The notes under the pieces were generated by a model. It ran no database searches, was not told the DNA's origin, and saw only the letters and a list, made by a program, of their open reading frames with translations. A stretch of 64,000 nt of DNA from the NCBI GenBank assembly GCA_003994795.1, contig AP018269.1:1068725-1132724 (forward strand), given 5' to 3'. The position numbers and the translations under genes were made by a program. This DNA comes from Cylindrospermum sp. NIES-4074 (GTDB lineage Bacteria > Cyanobacteriota > Cyanobacteriia > Cyanobacteriales > Nostocaceae). Numbering within the stretch: the stretch's first letter is position 1; the number at the start of each line of letters is the position of its first letter. Of the stretch, positions 61,662 through 64,000 are shown one piece after another.

Positions 61662-62054
61662 TTCTGTTTTTAGGTTTCGCCTATGGGCAGAGTTAATTAC
61701 TGTAACTGTACAACCTTCTATCTGTAGATATCCTCGCTTGCTGACTGCTGAATCAATTACAGTTCTATCCGCATTTTATCAAAAAGGGTGTCTGAGGCAC
61801 TCTAGAACAATAGCCATAGCATCAGTAGCCAGGTCAGAACTGGCAATAACTTCAGCATCCACAAGGATTTTTATTGCCATTTGAGTGTTCTCGTGTATAT
61901 ATAAGTAAAACTCATTGGTAATAACCAACTAAATTTCATTACTAATCGGGGTCAAATTCCAGTTACATCCTTTAACTTTTCCCGTAGTATCAGAATTGAA
62001 GCAAATTTAAACCAGCGGCTAATTCCATAAGAGTAGCCGTACCCTTTGCTTTAG

Positions 62055-62393
<339 letters not shown>

Positions 62394-62635
62394 GAGTTAG
62401 GCGTCTCTACAATCAACCTGCCTGAAAAATTAGGCGCAAGACAAGCGGAAAGTCTACGGGTGATCAAGTCTAGCAAGCTTACTTGCTTTTCACAGAATCT
62501 GCCTACTTTGAGGCGGTAGGGTTTCAAACTTGTAATACAAAAGCTCTTTTCTACTTGGTTTGGGGAGGGGTGCAGGGAGAAGGAAAAAGAAAAGAATTTT
62601 CCTGAACCTTTCACCCTTCCCCTTGCTCTTGATTG

Positions 62636-62890
62636 GTAAGCATTCAGCCGTCAGCTAACAGCAATTTTAAGGAATTTATGAGCAATCTTCTGACAGAAAA
62701 ATTACTAATTGCGTTTGGTGTAAGTCTCCCCAACTCAAAATCCTTAAACTCAGTCTAAAAACCAGTTTTAGACTTTCCTGCGGAACGCTACGCGTTGGCG
62801 GTTCGCGGAGCGTGTCGCAGACAAGCCTGCGCTTTGCGCTTACGGCGTGAGCGAGCGTCGAACGCTGACTGCTGACCGCTGAAGTGCTGA
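62636..62890. repeat. MITE-like dispersed element, copy 2 (see 8966..9223)
   Basis: Same ends and internal hairpins. The 3' 125 bp are identical to copy 1. Confidence 0.65.
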
Positions 62891-62899
62891 ACGCTTATC

Positions 62900-63988
62900 T
62901 TAATTGTTCATAAATGGCTTAATTTCATTATTCAGCATTTTAATTTGGGTGTCAGGATAGTAGAACTGGAGAATTTTTGGGCTTGACCAACCTAGCTTGG
63001 CTAAATTTTGAGCACCAGTTTGACTTAAGCCAACACCGTGGCCCAGTCCACCACCAATAAATGCGTATCCCCAGACATCTGGTTGACCTTTATTCAAGGG
63101 TTGCAAGTAAAATAGTGTGCTTCTGGGAGCTGCAAAGGCACTGCGAACTTCGTCTTTGTGTAGATTAAATGTGCCGATATCAGTTTTGACAGCGAGTTCC
63201 AGAATGCGTCCGCTTGGGCTGCGCTTAACTACAGCTATTTTCTCAACGGTTTTAAGTTTGGCATAGGGACTATTTTTCACCCGCAAAAATTTCTGTAAGT
63301 CTTTGGTAATATCTTCTAGCTTGGTTTCTTTGCGCCAACGAAACAGATCCCACTTGCTTTCATTAAATCCTGTTTGTAAATTGATAAACTGCTGAAAGTT
63401 TTTTTCGTCTGCTAAACTCTGTCTAGGCAAGTTCCAAATATTCGTGGCTGCATCTACGACCGGTCGCAGATAAGGACGATCTTCACCATTCCAGACATCG
63501 CTGAAGGAGGCAGTAACGCCGCCTGTGGTGGAAGAATAGAGAGCATCCACTAGCTCGTTTTTATAAGTTAGTACCATACTCCTGGTCGCGGCGATCGCCT
63601 GATCTGTGTTCTTAGCCACTCCATTCAGCCCATCATAGACTTGGCAGTGAGTATCAGCACATAATTGGTAATCATCTACAGCAAACCTTCGCAAATTTCT
63701 CAGGGCATAGGTGCGAGCAATAATCGCTTGGGCTTCCATCGCGGCTGTGGGGGCACTTGTGCCAATTTCGTAGGGCAAAACCCCGCGCACATAGGTTTCT
63801 AGAGGTACTTCATTAACTAGAGTGTAGGTTCCATAAGCGTTTGGCTGCAACTTCATCCGCCCAGCATAAAGGCGATCGCTTGCGGGTTTTTCACCTTTAT
63901 TTACCCGAATTAAGTTTTTATCAGTGTTAATTTCCAGAGACTTGGGGCTGTAACGCTTACCATTCACCACCCAGCTAACTCGCGGCAC
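62900..63988 (-). CDS. SpoIID/LytB-domain protein (N-terminus may extend beyond window end)
   Basis: 'AMEAQAIIARTYAL' SpoIID core. The ORF reaches to within 12 nt of the window end. Confidence 0.75.
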   Translation of the reverse strand: MPRVSWVVNGKRYSPKSLEINTDKNLIRVNKGEKPASDRLYAGRMKLQPNAYGTYTLVNEVPLETYVRGVLPYEIGTSAPTAAMEAQAIIARTYALRNLRRFAVDDYQLCADTHCQVYDGLNGVAKNTDQAIAATRSMVLTYKNELVDALYSSTTGGVTASFSDVWNGEDRPYLRPVVDAATNIWNLPRQSLADEKNFQQFINLQTGFNESKWDLFRWRKETKLEDITKDLQKFLRVKNSPYAKLKTVEKIAVVKRSPSGRILELAVKTDIGTFNLHKDEVRSAFAAPRSTLFYLQPLNKGQPDVWGYAFIGGGLGHGVGLSQTGAQNLAKLGWSSPKILQFYYPDTQIKMLNNEIKPFMNN

Positions 63989-64000
63989 TTGTTGCAGTAT

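Overview
The window looks like a chromosomal segment of a filamentous heterocyst-forming cyanobacterium (Nostoc/Anabaena type). Evidence seen directly: very frequent HIP1 octamers (GCGATCGC), many STRR-type heptamer tracts (gggtaat, ccccaat, cagcact, aaaatta), and an NtcA protein essentially identical to Anabaena NtcA. There are also many TPR, pentapeptide-repeat and WD40-kinase genes.

The backbone is ordinary housekeeping: ntcA, fabI, hisB, an ABC ATPase, a Wza-like polysaccharide exporter, an SPFH protein, folP, tpiA, an Era-like GTPase, atpD-atpC, a flotillin-like SPFH protein, the PSRP-3 gene, a P450, ruvB, hisF, tRNA-Ala(GGC), the glycine cleavage genes gcvT-gcvH-gcvH-gcvP, tenA, map and petF.

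Embedded in this backbone are accessory or foreign features:
- a truncated MmeI-like Type IIG restriction-modification enzyme at the window start, with GC near 50% and no HIP1 sites;
- an AT-rich 854-aa fused N6-adenine methyltransferase/nuclease (single-polypeptide restriction-modification candidate);
- two diverged IS630-family elements, each with its transposase ORF split at an A9 tract;
- a fossil IS200/IS605 TnpB C-terminus with its right-end hairpin, lying next to a 45-aa ribbon-helix-helix ORF;
- several MITE-like or dispersed repeat families, including a 100-bp inverted-repeat element inserted in-frame into a TPR gene with an 8-bp target duplication;
- a partial tandem duplication of the gcvT 3' end plus gcvH.

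The most notable item is a two-gene islet directly beside the second IS630: a PNKP-like polynucleotide 5'-kinase and a Thg1-like 3'->5' nucleotidyltransferase. I read this as a candidate RNA/tRNA 5'-end repair module.

All calls come from reading the sequence and the supplied ORF track. No database searches were run.
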